Source of the DNA: Mycobacterium sp.
GTDB lineage: Bacteria > Actinomycetota > Actinomycetes > Mycobacteriales > Mycobacteriaceae
NCBI GenBank assembly: GCA_965229265.1
Contig: CBDDIY010000010.1
Coordinates: 1,974,045-2,038,044, forward strand
Length of the DNA stretch: 64,000 nucleotides
Reading direction: 5' to 3'
The notes under the pieces were generated by a model. The model ran no database searches. It saw only the letters and a program-made list of their open reading frames with translations, and was not told the DNA's origin. Within the stretch, counting starts at the first letter, position 1. Every line of letters starts with the position of its first letter. The position numbers were made by a program, and so were the translations under genes. This document shows, one piece after another, positions 10,019-19,320 of the stretch.

Positions 10019-10492
10019 CTAACCCAGCAGGTGGTCGGACAGCGTTTCCAAGGCCTGCTTGGCGTAGCCGCGCCAGATCCTGGCGAACACCGGCAGTGCC
10101 GGGGCGCTCAGCGCCGATTTGGGGTGCAGCGTCCAGCGCCACGTCACCAGCGTGCCGGTGCCATGCGCGCCGAACTCCCATACGCCCTCGACGTGGTCGA
10201 TCAGTGCCGCCATCGGACCCCTGACCTCGCTGAGCGTGTAGCCGAAGGCATCGGGGGCATCCACTCTGGTCAGCGTTTCCCGCATCCCCCCGCCGCCGAC
10301 GAGCGCGACGGTGCGGGTCTGTCCGACGGTCGACCAGTCGCCGGTCTGGCCGTGCACGGCCTTGATCGGCGGGATCGGTCCGTACCACCGGTTGAACAGC
10401 GCGGGTAGCGGCACCGGCATGGTCTTGGCGAACGCGTCGCGCGGCGCGACGGGTATCGCACGGGACTGCTGGACGACGATCGGGTGAGCCAT
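10019..10492 (-). CDS. SRPBCC/polyketide cyclase-family protein (Rv1060-like)
   Basis: Helix-grip pattern, W..VGQTRTV, TLVTWRWT; resembles recalled Rv1060. Confidence 0.8.
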   Translation of the reverse strand: MAHPIVVQQSRAIPVAPRDAFAKTMPVPLPALFNRWYGPIPPIKAVHGQTGDWSTVGQTRTVALVGGGGMRETLTRVDAPDAFGYTLSEVRGPMAALIDHVEGVWEFGAHGTGTLVTWRWTLHPKSALSAPALPVFARIWRGYAKQALETLSDHLLG

Positions 10493-10506
10493 CCACCCGA
10501 TGGTAG

Positions 10507-11565
10507 TCAGCGGGCCAGTTGTGGGGCGGCCCGTCCGGTGATCGGTGGCAGGTCGAAGAACCCGGCGATACCGGGTGCGGCCGCGCACGTCGCAGGGATG
10601 GAGTTGACGCAGTGTGCGGCGGTGGCCACCACACCGGGGTTGCTGATCAACCCCTCCTCGACACTTTCGGGCTGCCATCCCTTCACGGTGACGAACGTGT
10701 TCGGGTTACCCCGCACCTCCATCTCGTAGCGCTCCCCCGCTGGGCCGAAAGACCATGCCGGGTCGAGGTTTTCCTCGCCCATCAGCCAGTTCACGGTGAC
10801 CCGCACGACGATCTTGTTGGTCACCACCGCGTCCCAGTGGAACCGCCGCCCGGCGACCTGACCCGGCTCGATGACGCCGATCGGGCTCTCGATCGGGGCG
10901 GTCGCGACGGCGACCTCCTGGGAGGTTTGGATCCTGGGCTCGGCGGCGAATCCGAGCCGGTCGACGATCAGCCGCACGGATTGGAAGAACCCGCCGTTGA
11001 GCAGCTTCTGCATGGGCCCGGTCAGTGCGCTCTCGGGCGTGCCGCCGAAGCCCATGACGTGGCGCAACACATCGGGGGCGCCATAGGTGCGCAGGTCGGA
11101 GAACTCCTCGGCGCGCACGAAGGTGATCCCCGTGGACATGACCGAGAGCAGCAACGGGAACAGTTCGGTCGCCGCACCCGGCCCGATACCCGCACCGTGC
11201 AGGGTGACGTTGCCCTCGCGGGCGGCGGCCTCCAACGGGGCGGCCTCGGAGTCGCTGGGATAGAACCAGCCCAGCGGGCTGACGACGTTCTTGCCGGAGC
11301 GCAGCAGCGCGGTGACCTCGTCGACGTTCGGCAACAGCGGAGCGTAGATGACCGCGTCGGCGTCCAGGGCGAGGATGTCGTCGATGCTGTTGGTGGCGGT
11401 GATGCCCAGCGGCGCGGTGCCGATGATGTCACCGACGTCCTTGCCGGCCTTGTCCTGGGAATGCACCCAGCAGCCGGCCAGTTCGAGCTCGGGATGCTCC
11501 AGCACGCCCTTGATGGCCGCGACCCCGACCGAGCCGGTGGCCCACTGCACGACTCGCAACGCCAT
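10507..11565 (-). CDS. Dihydrodipicolinate-reductase-like / NAD(P)H amine dehydrogenase family (Rv1059-like)
   Basis: RVVQWATGSVG Rossmann start, GAGIGPG, EEFSDL; near-colinear with recalled Rv1059. Confidence 0.82.
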   Translation of the reverse strand: MALRVVQWATGSVGVAAIKGVLEHPELELAGCWVHSQDKAGKDVGDIIGTAPLGITATNSIDDILALDADAVIYAPLLPNVDEVTALLRSGKNVVSPLGWFYPSDSEAAPLEAAAREGNVTLHGAGIGPGAATELFPLLLSVMSTGITFVRAEEFSDLRTYGAPDVLRHVMGFGGTPESALTGPMQKLLNGGFFQSVRLIVDRLGFAAEPRIQTSQEVAVATAPIESPIGVIEPGQVAGRRFHWDAVVTNKIVVRVTVNWLMGEENLDPAWSFGPAGERYEMEVRGNPNTFVTVKGWQPESVEEGLISNPGVVATAAHCVNSIPATCAAAPGIAGFFDLPPITGRAAPQLAR

Positions 11566-11586
11566 TGCTGCACCTCCGCGGAAAAC

Positions 11587-11600
11587 TAGAACGTGTTACA
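11587..11600. promoter_or_regulatory. KstR operator
   Basis: TAGAACGTGTTACA is an exact match to the KstR consensus TnnAACnnGTTnnA, lying between divergent lipid/steroid-type genes. Confidence 0.7.
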
Positions 11601-11710
11601 ACTACATGTACACGAAGTGCTCGCGAGCAGACACAAACTCGCATTATTCCGGCGTCGGGTATGCCATTCTGCGTCTGCTCGCAGAAAGTACCTAAGCAGG
11701 AGGGCCAGTC

Positions 11711-12901
11711 ATGCCGAACAAGGTTTTCGTCGTCGGGGTCGGGATGACGAAGTTCGAGAAGCCGGGCAGCCGGGAGGGCTGGGACTATCCGGACATGGCA
11801 CGCGAGTCGGGCACCAAGGCACTGGCCGACGCCGGTGTCGACTACGGCCAGATCGAACAGGGATTCGTGGGCTACTGCTCGGGCGACTCGACCTCCGGCC
11901 AGCGCGCGCTCTACGAACTCGGCATGACCGGCATCCCGATCGTCAACGTCAACAACAACTGCTCGACCGGCTCGACGGCGCTGTTCCTGGGGGCGCAGGC
12001 GATTCGCGGTGGGCTTTCCGACTGTGTGCTCGCACTGGGCTTCGAGAAGATGCAGCCCGGCTCACTGGGCGGCGGCGCCACCGATCGCGAGACTCCGCTG
12101 GGCCGGCACGTCAAGGCGCTGGCCGAGATCGACGAATTCGCGTTCCCCGTCGCGCCGTGGATGTTCGGCGCGGCCGGCCGCGAGTACATGCGGCAATACG
12201 GTGCCACCGCGGAGCACTTCGCCAAGATCGGGTACAAGAACCACAAGCATTCGGTGAACAACCCCTACGCCCAGTTCCAGGACGAGTACAGCCTGGAGGA
12301 CATCCTGGCGGCGAAGATGATCTCCGATCCGCTGACCAAGCTGCAATGCTCGCCGACATCGGATGGTTCGGGTGCGGTGGTGTTGGCCTCGGAGCGCTTC
12401 GTCGACGACCATGGGCTGGCCGGGCAGGCGGTCGAGATCGTCGGTCAGGCGATGACCACCGACTTCGCCTCGACCTTCGACGGCTCGGCCAAGAACATCA
12501 TCGGCTACGACATGAATGTCCAAGCGGCGCGCCAGGTTTACGACCAGAGCGGCCTGGGTCCGGAGGACTTCCAGGTCATCGAACTGCACGACTGCTTCTC
12601 GGCCAACGAGCTGCTGCTCTATGAAGCCCTGGGCCTGTGCGGCGAGGGTGAGGCACCGAAGTTGATCGACGACAACGACACCACCTATGGCGGTCGCTGG
12701 GTGGTCAATCCCTCCGGCGGGCTGATCTCCAAGGGCCACCCGCTCGGCGCGACCGGCCTGGCCCAGTGCTCCGAGTTGACCTGGCAGCTGCGCGGCACCG
12801 CCGACAAGCGTCAGGTGGACAATGTCAGCGCCGCGCTGCAGCACAACATCGGCCTGGGTGGGGCGGCCGTCGTGACGGCCTACCAGCGCGCCGAGCGCTA
12901 G
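11711..12901 (+). CDS. ltp1: SCP-x type thiolase / lipid-transfer protein
   Basis: [65 protein letters not shown] motifs. Confidence 0.88.
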   Translation: MPNKVFVVGVGMTKFEKPGSREGWDYPDMARESGTKALADAGVDYGQIEQGFVGYCSGDSTSGQRALYELGMTGIPIVNVNNNCSTGSTALFLGAQAIRGGLSDCVLALGFEKMQPGSLGGGATDRETPLGRHVKALAEIDEFAFPVAPWMFGAAGREYMRQYGATAEHFAKIGYKNHKHSVNNPYAQFQDEYSLEDILAAKMISDPLTKLQCSPTSDGSGAVVLASERFVDDHGLAGQAVEIVGQAMTTDFASTFDGSAKNIIGYDMNVQAARQVYDQSGLGPEDFQVIELHDCFSANELLLYEALGLCGEGEAPKLIDDNDTTYGGRWVVNPSGGLISKGHPLGATGLAQCSELTWQLRGTADKRQVDNVSAALQHNIGLGGAAVVTAYQRAER

Positions 12902-12914
12902 GCCCGCCCCGGCA

Positions 12915-13286
12915 TCAGTTGTGCTGGCTGGCGTGGGTCACGTGCCGTAGCGGATTCTGCAGACGTGGCGTCAACGCGGGTAAGCGCCAGTCGCCCTTAA
13001 TGATCCAGTCACAGAGCTCGACGACGTCCGCGTCGTCGGCGATGGGGCCGATCCAGCATGCGGGCCCAGCCGGCGAGCGGTCGGCTGTACAGGGCTGGAA
13101 CATCGCGATCACCCCACCGCCCGGGCGGGTCGCACAGAAGACCGATCCGAGCAGGCACGTGGTGGACACCAGCATCCCGTGCGGGAACAGCCGGACGACG
13201 GCCCGCAACCGGTCCATCCAAGGGTCGTCGGGCGGCGCCCCGCACCCGACGCAGACCACGAGTGTGAAGGCGCGCTTCGTGGACAC
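12915..13286 (-). CDS. Small Cys-rich protein, thioredoxin-like ferredoxin / DUF1636-like
   Basis: GTG 2 nt after the rpsR2 stop; VVCVGC, TTCLLGSVFC, further Cys in QPC and PACWIGP; normal high-GC3 codon usage. Confidence 0.6.
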   Translation of the reverse strand: MSTKRAFTLVVCVGCGAPPDDPWMDRLRAVVRLFPHGMLVSTTCLLGSVFCATRPGGGVIAMFQPCTADRSPAGPACWIGPIADDADVVELCDWIIKGDWRLPALTPRLQNPLRHVTHASQHN

Positions 13287-13288
13287 TC

Positions 13289-13543
13289 CTACTTCGACTT
13301 CGGGTAGGGCAGCAGCGCCATCTCCCGGGCGTTCTTGATCGCCATCGCTACGTGGCGCTGCTGACCGACAGTGAGCCCAGTGACCCGGCGCGACCTGATC
13401 TTTCCGCGCTCGGAGATGAACACCCGCAACGTTGCGGTGTCCTTGTAGTCGACCGTCGTCAGGCCCATGCTGGTCAGCTGGTTGCGCCTCGGCTTGCCCT
13501 CGGCAACCGGGGCCGCGCGCCGCCGGGACTTGTTCGCCTTCAC
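13289..13543 (-). CDS. rpsR2: 30S ribosomal protein S18, zinc-free (C-) paralogue
   Basis: [23 protein letters not shown]...[18 protein letters not shown]; no Cys. Confidence 0.95.
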   Translation of the reverse strand: MKANKSRRRAAPVAEGKPRRNQLTSMGLTTVDYKDTATLRVFISERGKIRSRRVTGLTVGQQRHVAMAIKNAREMALLPYPKSK

Positions 13544-13845
13544 CAGCTTGCCTTCCGCACTCCGGGAAGTTGACCCTGGTGGGCCAGCTCGCGCATCCGT
13601 ACCCGAGACAGCCCGAACTTCCGAAGGTGCCCCCTGGGTCGGCCGTCGACCGCGTCGCGGTTGCGCACCCGCACCGCACTGGCGTCGCGGGGCTGGCGCG
13701 CCAGTTCCTGCTGCGCGCTGATCTTCTGGTCGGCAGAACTGTGCGGCGAGGCGATGATGCGCTTGAGTTCCGCGCGCCGCTCGGCGTACTTGGCGACGAC
13801 CGCGATGCGCTGCTCGTTCTTGACGATCTTGGATCGTTTGGCCAT
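13540..13845 (-). CDS. rpsN2: 30S ribosomal protein S14, 101-aa zinc-free paralogue
   Basis: [47 protein letters not shown]; no Cys. Confidence 0.95.
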   Translation of the reverse strand: MAKRSKIVKNEQRIAVVAKYAERRAELKRIIASPHSSADQKISAQQELARQPRDASAVRVRNRDAVDGRPRGHLRKFGLSRVRMRELAHQGQLPGVRKASW

Positions 13846-13846
13846 C

Positions 13847-14011
13847 TCAGCGCTCCTCGCGGAACTCGACGTGACGCCGGATCACCGGGTCGTACTTGCG
13901 CAGCATCAGACGATCGGGGTCGTTGCGCCGGTTCTTCTTGGTGACATAGGTGTAGCCGGTTCCAGCCGTCGACCGGAGCTTGACTGTCGGCCGGATCTCG
14001 TTGCGTGCCAT
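13847..14011 (-). CDS. rpmG: 50S ribosomal protein L33, zinc-free paralogue (not in the ORF track)
   Basis: Hand translation [54 protein letters not shown]; ATG overlaps the rpmB stop (TGATG). Confidence 0.95.
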   Translation of the reverse strand: MARNEIRPTVKLRSTAGTGYTYVTKKNRRNDPDRLMLRKYDPVIRRHVEFREER

Positions 14012-14247
14012 CAGATTTTCTGTCCTTCTCGGCGAAGCCGTGCGACCACGGCCTCGATTCCGTCACGATCGATGACCTTGATGCCCTTGGCACTGACCCG
14101 GAGCCGGACGCGGCGGTCCTCCGAGGCCAGGTAGTAGGTCTTGAGTTGGATGTTGGGCGACCAGCGCCGCCGGGTGCGCCGGTGCGAGTGCGACACCGAG
14201 TTACCGAAACCCGGTGCGCGCCCGGTGACTTGGCAATGTGCGGACAT
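14011..14247 (-). CDS. rpmB: 50S ribosomal protein L28, zinc-free paralogue
   Basis: [34 protein letters not shown]; single Cys; GGAGG RBS. Confidence 0.95.
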   Translation of the reverse strand: MSAHCQVTGRAPGFGNSVSHSHRRTRRRWSPNIQLKTYYLASEDRRVRLRVSAKGIKVIDRDGIEAVVARLRREGQKI

Positions 14248-14270
14248 GACGACCTCCCGCGAAGTAAGGT

Positions 14271-14291
14271 TACTGAAAATGATTTTCGACA
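14271..14291. promoter_or_regulatory. Zur box 1 (rpmB side)
   Basis: TACTGAAAATGATTTTCGACA matches the actinobacterial Zur palindrome TGAAAATNATTTTCA; just downstream of a minus-strand -10 TACAGT (14310-14305). Confidence 0.8.
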
Positions 14292-14325
14292 AGCGGCGCC
14301 TCGCACTGTAGCGTGTGATCGTCAC

Positions 14326-14346
14326 TAATGAAAATCGTTTTCAATA
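14326..14346. promoter_or_regulatory. Zur box 2 (mrf side)
   Basis: TAATGAAAATCGTTTTCAATA near-perfect palindrome; downstream of a plus-strand -10 TAGCGT (14309-14314). Confidence 0.82.
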
Positions 14347-14357
14347 CTGGAGGTGTG

Positions 14358-15554
14358 GTGCGAACCCCGGTACTGCTCGTCGCGGGACAAGGCGACACCG
14401 ACGCCGTGGCCAGAGACCTACTACGGCACGAGAGAACAATCGTCGTCCGACACCGGTTCGACGGACACGTGGTGCACCGGCTGGTCACCACCGTGCAGAA
14501 CGGGATCCTGACCACGTCGGATTCCGTCCTGGAACTGTTGCACGCGTGCGTGTCCTGCACGATTCGCAACGACCTGCTGGTCCTGTTGCGCAGGCTGCAC
14601 CGTCGAGACGACATCGACCGGATCGCCGTGCACCTGGCACCGTGGCTGGAGCCGGAGCCGATCTGCTGGGCCATCAACCATGTCCGGGTACGGATGGGAC
14701 CCGGGTACGCGGACGGCCCCGCGGCCCGCGATGTCGAGATCGCCGGCGTCATCACCTGCGTGGATTCCTCCGCGTGGTTGCCGAGCGCACTGGGTGATGA
14801 CGAACTCGACGACGGGCGCACCGTGGCCCAGGTCGTGGTCGAGCAGACCGAGTTCGCCGATATCGTCGTCGCACCCCAGCTGGATCCGAGAACCCTGGCG
14901 GTGCTGCGACGGCTGGCGCCGCGGGCGTGGATCATCCAAGCCGAGGACCACGTCGAAGAAGCGGTGGCCAACCTCGACGCGACCGCCCGGCGCGGTTGCA
15001 GCGACGATCCCTGCGGTCCGTTGCTTGCCGGCGAACCACCGCTGGACGCCGACGGGGACGTCGGCATCGTCGAGTTCGACGCCGACCGGCCGTTCCATCC
15101 GCAACGTCTGCATGACGCGGTCGATGTGCTGCTCAACGGCGTGGTGCGCACCCGCGGCCGCCTGTGGCTGGCCAGCCAGGCCGAGCAGATGATGTATCTG
15201 GAGTCCGCTGGTGGCGGTCTCCGAGTCAGCTCTGGCGGGAAATGGCTTGCTGCAATGGGTGATTCGGAGATCGCTTACGTGGATTCGGAGCGACGGGCTT
15301 TGGCAAGCCTGATCTGGGATGAGCGCCACGGTGATCGCCGGACGGCAATGGCGGTGCTGGCCTGCGGGGCCGACCGCGACGAGATCATCACCGCGCTGGG
15401 CGCCGCCCTGCTCACCGACGACGAGATGGACCACCCCGAACTCTGGGCGCACTACGCCGACCCGTTCGGAGACTGGCACGAAGACCCGTGCGAAGGCGCA
15501 CCCTCGCATGCTGAATTGTCCACCCCTTCAACCACGTACGGAGACGAGCAGTGA
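14358..15554 (+). CDS. mrf: COG0523-like MPY recruitment factor (Rv0106-like)
   Basis: [58 protein letters not shown]; colinear with recalled Rv0106. Confidence 0.88.
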   Translation: MRTPVLLVAGQGDTDAVARDLLRHERTIVVRHRFDGHVVHRLVTTVQNGILTTSDSVLELLHACVSCTIRNDLLVLLRRLHRRDDIDRIAVHLAPWLEPEPICWAINHVRVRMGPGYADGPAARDVEIAGVITCVDSSAWLPSALGDDELDDGRTVAQVVVEQTEFADIVVAPQLDPRTLAVLRRLAPRAWIIQAEDHVEEAVANLDATARRGCSDDPCGPLLAGEPPLDADGDVGIVEFDADRPFHPQRLHDAVDVLLNGVVRTRGRLWLASQAEQMMYLESAGGGLRVSSGGKWLAAMGDSEIAYVDSERRALASLIWDERHGDRRTAMAVLACGADRDEIITALGAALLTDDEMDHPELWAHYADPFGDWHEDPCEGAPSHAELSTPSTTYGDEQ

Positions 15555-15805
15555 AACCTGGCATCCATCCGGACTACCGCCCGGTGGTCTTCCAAGACGC
15601 CACCACCGGTCGCACGTTTCTCACCCGCTCCACCATCACCACCTCGCGGACCATAGATATCGAGACCCCCAGCGGGACGAGAACCTATCCGCTTGCGGTC
15701 GTGGAGGTCACGGCGGACTCGCACCCGTTCTGGACCGGAGAGCGCCGGATCATGGACGCCGCGGGGCAGGTGGAGAAGTTCCGACGGCGGTACGGACAGC
15801 GATGA
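15551..15805 (+). CDS. rpmE2: 50S ribosomal protein L31 type B (zinc-free)
   Basis: [42 protein letters not shown]; no Cys; GTGA overlap with mrf. Confidence 0.94.
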   Translation: MKPGIHPDYRPVVFQDATTGRTFLTRSTITTSRTIDIETPSGTRTYPLAVVEVTADSHPFWTGERRIMDAAGQVEKFRRRYGQR

Positions 15806-15856
15806 TGTTGACCGCCAAGGACATTGGTGAAGTGCAACAGAGATAGGTGGATGATG

Positions 15857-16144
15857 ATGATGGTGTGGCATGCAGTAGTCACCAAGGCCGCGACGACGGT
15901 GGTCACCGGGGTGGTCGGAGTGGCGGCCTTCGAGGCGTTACGCAAAGCCTCGGCCGCCTTCCCGGCCCGGCAGGCAGCGGTGAACGCCACCGCGCTCGGC
16001 CTGCGTGGAGTGCGCGCTGCCGAAGCCAACGCCGAGCGCGCACGGTTGGCGATCGGCGACGTCGTGGCCGAAGCCCGCGAACAGATCGGTGAGCAGGCGC
16101 CGGCGCCGGTGGCCGGCGAAGCCGGCCACGACCACGACCACTGA
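15857..16144 (+). CDS. pacL: DUF1490 P-ATPase-associated metal chaperone (PacL/Rv3269-like)
   Basis: N-terminal TM (TTVVTGVVGVAAFEAL), LGLRG.R.AE..AE.ARL...DVVAEARE.IGE, C-terminal HDHDH; directly upstream of ctpC. The start is one of four tandem ATGs. Confidence 0.85.
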   Translation: MMVWHAVVTKAATTVVTGVVGVAAFEALRKASAAFPARQAAVNATALGLRGVRAAEANAERARLAIGDVVAEAREQIGEQAPAPVAGEAGHDHDH

Positions 16145-16153
16145 GCTGCCGGC

Positions 16154-18295
16154 GTGATAGCCGTCGTATCGGATGCCGCCGGCCGGCTCCGGGTCACCGT
16201 CTCGGGCCTCCGCAACAGCCCCCGCCACGCGGTCCGCATCGAGGATGACCTCGCTGGGCTCCCCGGTGTGCGCGCGGTCCATGCATACCCCCGCACCGGG
16301 TCGGTCGTCGTCTGGTACACCGCCGCCCGCTGCGATACCGCGGCCCTGATCGACGCGATCGCCGAGATCGCCAACCAGCCGGTCGAGTCCACGACCGCGG
16401 TGGTGCCACGATCGGCGGAGGTCGCCAACGCCGAGGTGATGCGCATGACCGTCGGCGGGCTCGCGTTGGTGGCCTTGGCCGCGCGGCGCTACCTCCTGCG
16501 CCGCCCGCTCCTGCTCGGGCCCACCAGTCGACTGCTGGCATCGGCGGTGACGATCATCACCGGCTACCCGTTCCTGCGCGGCGCCCTGGCCTCATTGCGG
16601 GGCAACCGGTCGGCCGGAACGGATCTCCTGGTCTCGGCCGCCACCATCGCCAGCCTGATCCTGCGCGAGAACGTGGTCGCGCTGACCGTCCTGTGGCTGC
16701 TCAACATCGGCGAGTACCTGCAAGACCTGACCCTGAGGCGCACCCGACGCGCAATCTCCGACCTGCTCGCCGGCGAACAGGACACCGCTTGGATCCGGCT
16801 CGAGGACGGAACCGAGGTCCAGGTCGCATCGGAGGTCCTCAGCATTGGCGATGTCGTGGTGGTCCACGAGCAGGTGGCCATCCCCGTCGACGGTGACGTG
16901 GTCGACGGGGAGGCCATCGTCGACCAGTCCGCCATCACCGGCGAGCCCCTTCCGGTGAGCATCGGTGTGGGCGACCGCGTGCACGCCGGTTCGATCGTGG
17001 TCCAGGGTCGTATCGCGGTCGCCGCGACCGCGGTCGGGCCCCAGACCGCCATCGGCCGGATCGTTGCCCGGGTGGAAGAAGCCCAGCGCGATCGCGCCCC
17101 GATCCAGACCATCGGCGAGAACTTCTCCCGCCGCTTCGTGCCGGCATCGTTCCTGCTCTCCGCGTTGACCTTCGCCATCACCCGCGATGTCCGGCGCGCC
17201 ATGACGATGCTGCTGGTGGCGTGCCCGTGCGCGGTCGGGCTGGCCACACCGACGGCGATCAGTGCCGCGATCGGCAACGGTGCCCGGCGCGGCATCCTGA
17301 TCAAGGGCGGCTCGCATCTCGAGCGCGCCGGGGACGTGACCGCGGTGGTCTTCGACAAGACCGGAACCCTGACCTTCGGCCGCCCCGTGGTGACCAACGT
17401 CATTGCCTTCCACAAGGATTGGCAGCCAGAGCAGGTCCTCGCCTACGCGGCCAGCTCCGAGATCCACTCCCGGCATCCGCTGGGCCAGGCGGTCATCCGC
17501 TCCACCGAGGAGCGGCACATCGTGATCCCGCCCCACGAGGAGTGCGAGGTACTCGTCGGACTCGGTATGCGTACCCGCGCCGACGGCCGGACGTTGTTGC
17601 TGGGCAGCGGCGAGCTGTTGCGCCGGGAGAAGGTGCGCGTCACCAAGAAGGCCGCCGACTGGGTCAGCCGGCTGCAGCAGCAGGCCGAGACGCCGCTGTT
17701 GCTGGCGGTGGACGGCAAGCTCGTCGGGCTGATCAGCCTGCGCGATGAAGCCAGACCCAACGCCGCCGCGGTGGTGGAGGACCTGCGCCGACGGGGCGTG
17801 CAACGGGTCGTCATGCTGACCGGGGACCACCCGGAGACCGCCAAGGCGGTCGCGCAGCTGGTGGGTATCGACGACTGGCAGGCCGAGGTCCTGCCCGAGG
17901 ACAAGCTCGACGTCGTGCGCCGCCTGCGCGACGAGGGGTTCGTGGTGGCGATGGTGGGCGACGGTGTCAACGACGCCCCCGCACTGGCCGCCGCCGATAT
18001 CGGCATCGCTATGGGGATGGCCGGGACCGATGTCGCGGTGGAGACGGCCGACGTCGCACTCGCCGGAGATGACCTGAGCCGAGTTCTCGATCTGCAGACC
18101 CTGGGCGAGCACGCGGTGACCGTCATCCGGCAGAACTACGCCATGTCGATCGCGGTGAACGCCGTGGGACTGCTGATCGGTGCCGGCGGCGCGCTCTCAC
18201 CGGTACTGGCGGCCATCCTGCACAACGCGTCATCGGTGGCCGTCGTGGCCAACAGCTCGCGCCTGATCCGCTTCCAGCTCGAAGCCGGCAAGTAG
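16154..18295 (+). CDS. ctpC: P1B-type heavy-metal ATPase, CtpC orthologue
   Basis: HAYPRTGSVVVWY, ITGE, ACPCAVGLATP, DKTGTLT, HSRHPL, GDGVNDAPAL, LHNASSVAVVANSSRL; colinear with recalled Rv3270. Confidence 0.92.
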   Translation: MIAVVSDAAGRLRVTVSGLRNSPRHAVRIEDDLAGLPGVRAVHAYPRTGSVVVWYTAARCDTAALIDAIAEIANQPVESTTAVVPRSAEVANAEVMRMTVGGLALVALAARRYLLRRPLLLGPTSRLLASAVTIITGYPFLRGALASLRGNRSAGTDLLVSAATIASLILRENVVALTVLWLLNIGEYLQDLTLRRTRRAISDLLAGEQDTAWIRLEDGTEVQVASEVLSIGDVVVVHEQVAIPVDGDVVDGEAIVDQSAITGEPLPVSIGVGDRVHAGSIVVQGRIAVAATAVGPQTAIGRIVARVEEAQRDRAPIQTIGENFSRRFVPASFLLSALTFAITRDVRRAMTMLLVACPCAVGLATPTAISAAIGNGARRGILIKGGSHLERAGDVTAVVFDKTGTLTFGRPVVTNVIAFHKDWQPEQVLAYAASSEIHSRHPLGQAVIRSTEERHIVIPPHEECEVLVGLGMRTRADGRTLLLGSGELLRREKVRVTKKAADWVSRLQQQAETPLLLAVDGKLVGLISLRDEARPNAAAVVEDLRRRGVQRVVMLTGDHPETAKAVAQLVGIDDWQAEVLPEDKLDVVRRLRDEGFVVAMVGDGVNDAPALAAADIGIAMGMAGTDVAVETADVALAGDDLSRVLDLQTLGEHAVTVIRQNYAMSIAVNAVGLLIGAGGALSPVLAAILHNASSVAVVANSSRLIRFQLEAGK

Positions 18296-18321
18296 AACAC
18301 CACCACGGCTGGCGTTCTTAA

Positions 18322-18344
18322 TTGGAAATGATTATCGTTTCCAA
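18322..18344. promoter_or_regulatory. Zur-type box overlapping a probable leaderless znuA promoter
   Basis: TTGGAAATGATTATCGTTTCCAA near-perfect inverted repeat; -10 TATCGT (18333-18338) lies 7 nt before the ATG at 18346. Confidence 0.7.
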
Positions 18345-18345
18345 C

Positions 18346-19320
18346 ATGACCGCACTTCGTCCTCGCCCCCTGCTTGTCGCCGCCGCCGGATTCCTGGCGC
18401 TGGCCCTCCCCCTCGCCGCGTGCGGGTCGGATAAGTCCTCGCATCAGTCGCAGGCGAGCTCGAGCCCGACAGGATCCGCGAGCACCGCGGCAGCACCGCA
18501 GGCCTGCCCGACCGCACCGGTGGACGTCGTCGTCAGCGTGGACCAGTGGGGCGACATCGTGTCCCAGCTCGGCGGCGCGTGTACGACGGTGAAGACGGTC
18601 ATCGCCAGTTCCTCGATCGATCCGCACGACTACGAGCCGTCCCCGTCGGACGCCGCCACCTTCGCCGGCGCCAAGCTGGTGGTCCTCAACGGCGCGGATT
18701 ACGACCATTGGGCGGCGGACCTGGCCGCCACGTCGGCCGCCTCGGCACCGGTGGTCAGCGCCGCCGACGTGACGAAGACGCCCGACGGCGCCAACCCGCA
18801 CCTCTGGTACAACCCGACCGCGGTGACGGCCGTGGCCGACGCGGTGACGGCGGAGTTGAGCAAGATCGACCCGCAGGCCGCCGACTACTTCACGGGCAAG
18901 CGGTCGGAGTTCACCACCTCGCTGCAGCCCTACGACACCCTGATCGGGAAGATCAAGGCCGCCGCTGCGGGCAAGTCATATGCCGCCACCGAGGGGATCT
19001 TCGACTACCAGGCTGAGGCCATGGGTCTGGTCAACAAGACGCCCGAGGGCTACCAGAAGGCTTCGGCCAACGAGTCCGATCCCTCCCCCGCCGACATCGA
19101 AGCCTTCCGGAATGCGTTGGCCAACCACCAGATCGACGTGCTGATCTACAACACCCAGACCGAGGGGTCCATCCCTGAGCAGATCCGCACCGCGGCGGAG
19201 AAGGCCGGCGTCCCGGTCGTCAACGTCACCGAAACCGTCCCGCCGGGCATCACCTCGTTCGTCACCTGGCAGGACGATCAGTTGACGGCGCTGGCCAAGG
19301 CACTCGGTGTCGCAGTCTGA
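18346..19320 (+). CDS. znuA: Zinc/metal ABC transporter substrate-binding lipoprotein
   Basis: Lipobox LAAC; DPHDYEP, NPHLWY, ESDP..ADI, YNTQTE motifs of cluster A-I binding proteins. Confidence 0.87.
   Translation: MTALRPRPLLVAAAGFLALALPLAACGSDKSSHQSQASSSPTGSASTAAAPQACPTAPVDVVVSVDQWGDIVSQLGGACTTVKTVIASSSIDPHDYEPSPSDAATFAGAKLVVLNGADYDHWAADLAATSAASAPVVSAADVTKTPDGANPHLWYNPTAVTAVADAVTAELSKIDPQAADYFTGKRSEFTTSLQPYDTLIGKIKAAAAGKSYAATEGIFDYQAEAMGLVNKTPEGYQKASANESDPSPADIEAFRNALANHQIDVLIYNTQTEGSIPEQIRTAAEKAGVPVVNVTETVPPGITSFVTWQDDQLTALAKALGVAV

Noticed and set aside
12915-14306. 463-aa ORF spanning the ribosomal protein operon
   Set aside because: It is an alternative-frame read-through of rpmB/rpmG/rpsN2/rpsR2; only the last 123 codons look like a real gene.
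13289-15805. Zinc-free ribosomal paralogues plus mrf as a novel system
   Set aside because: This Zur-controlled ribosome remodelling/hibernation system is already well described in mycobacteria; only its extra passengers are flagged.
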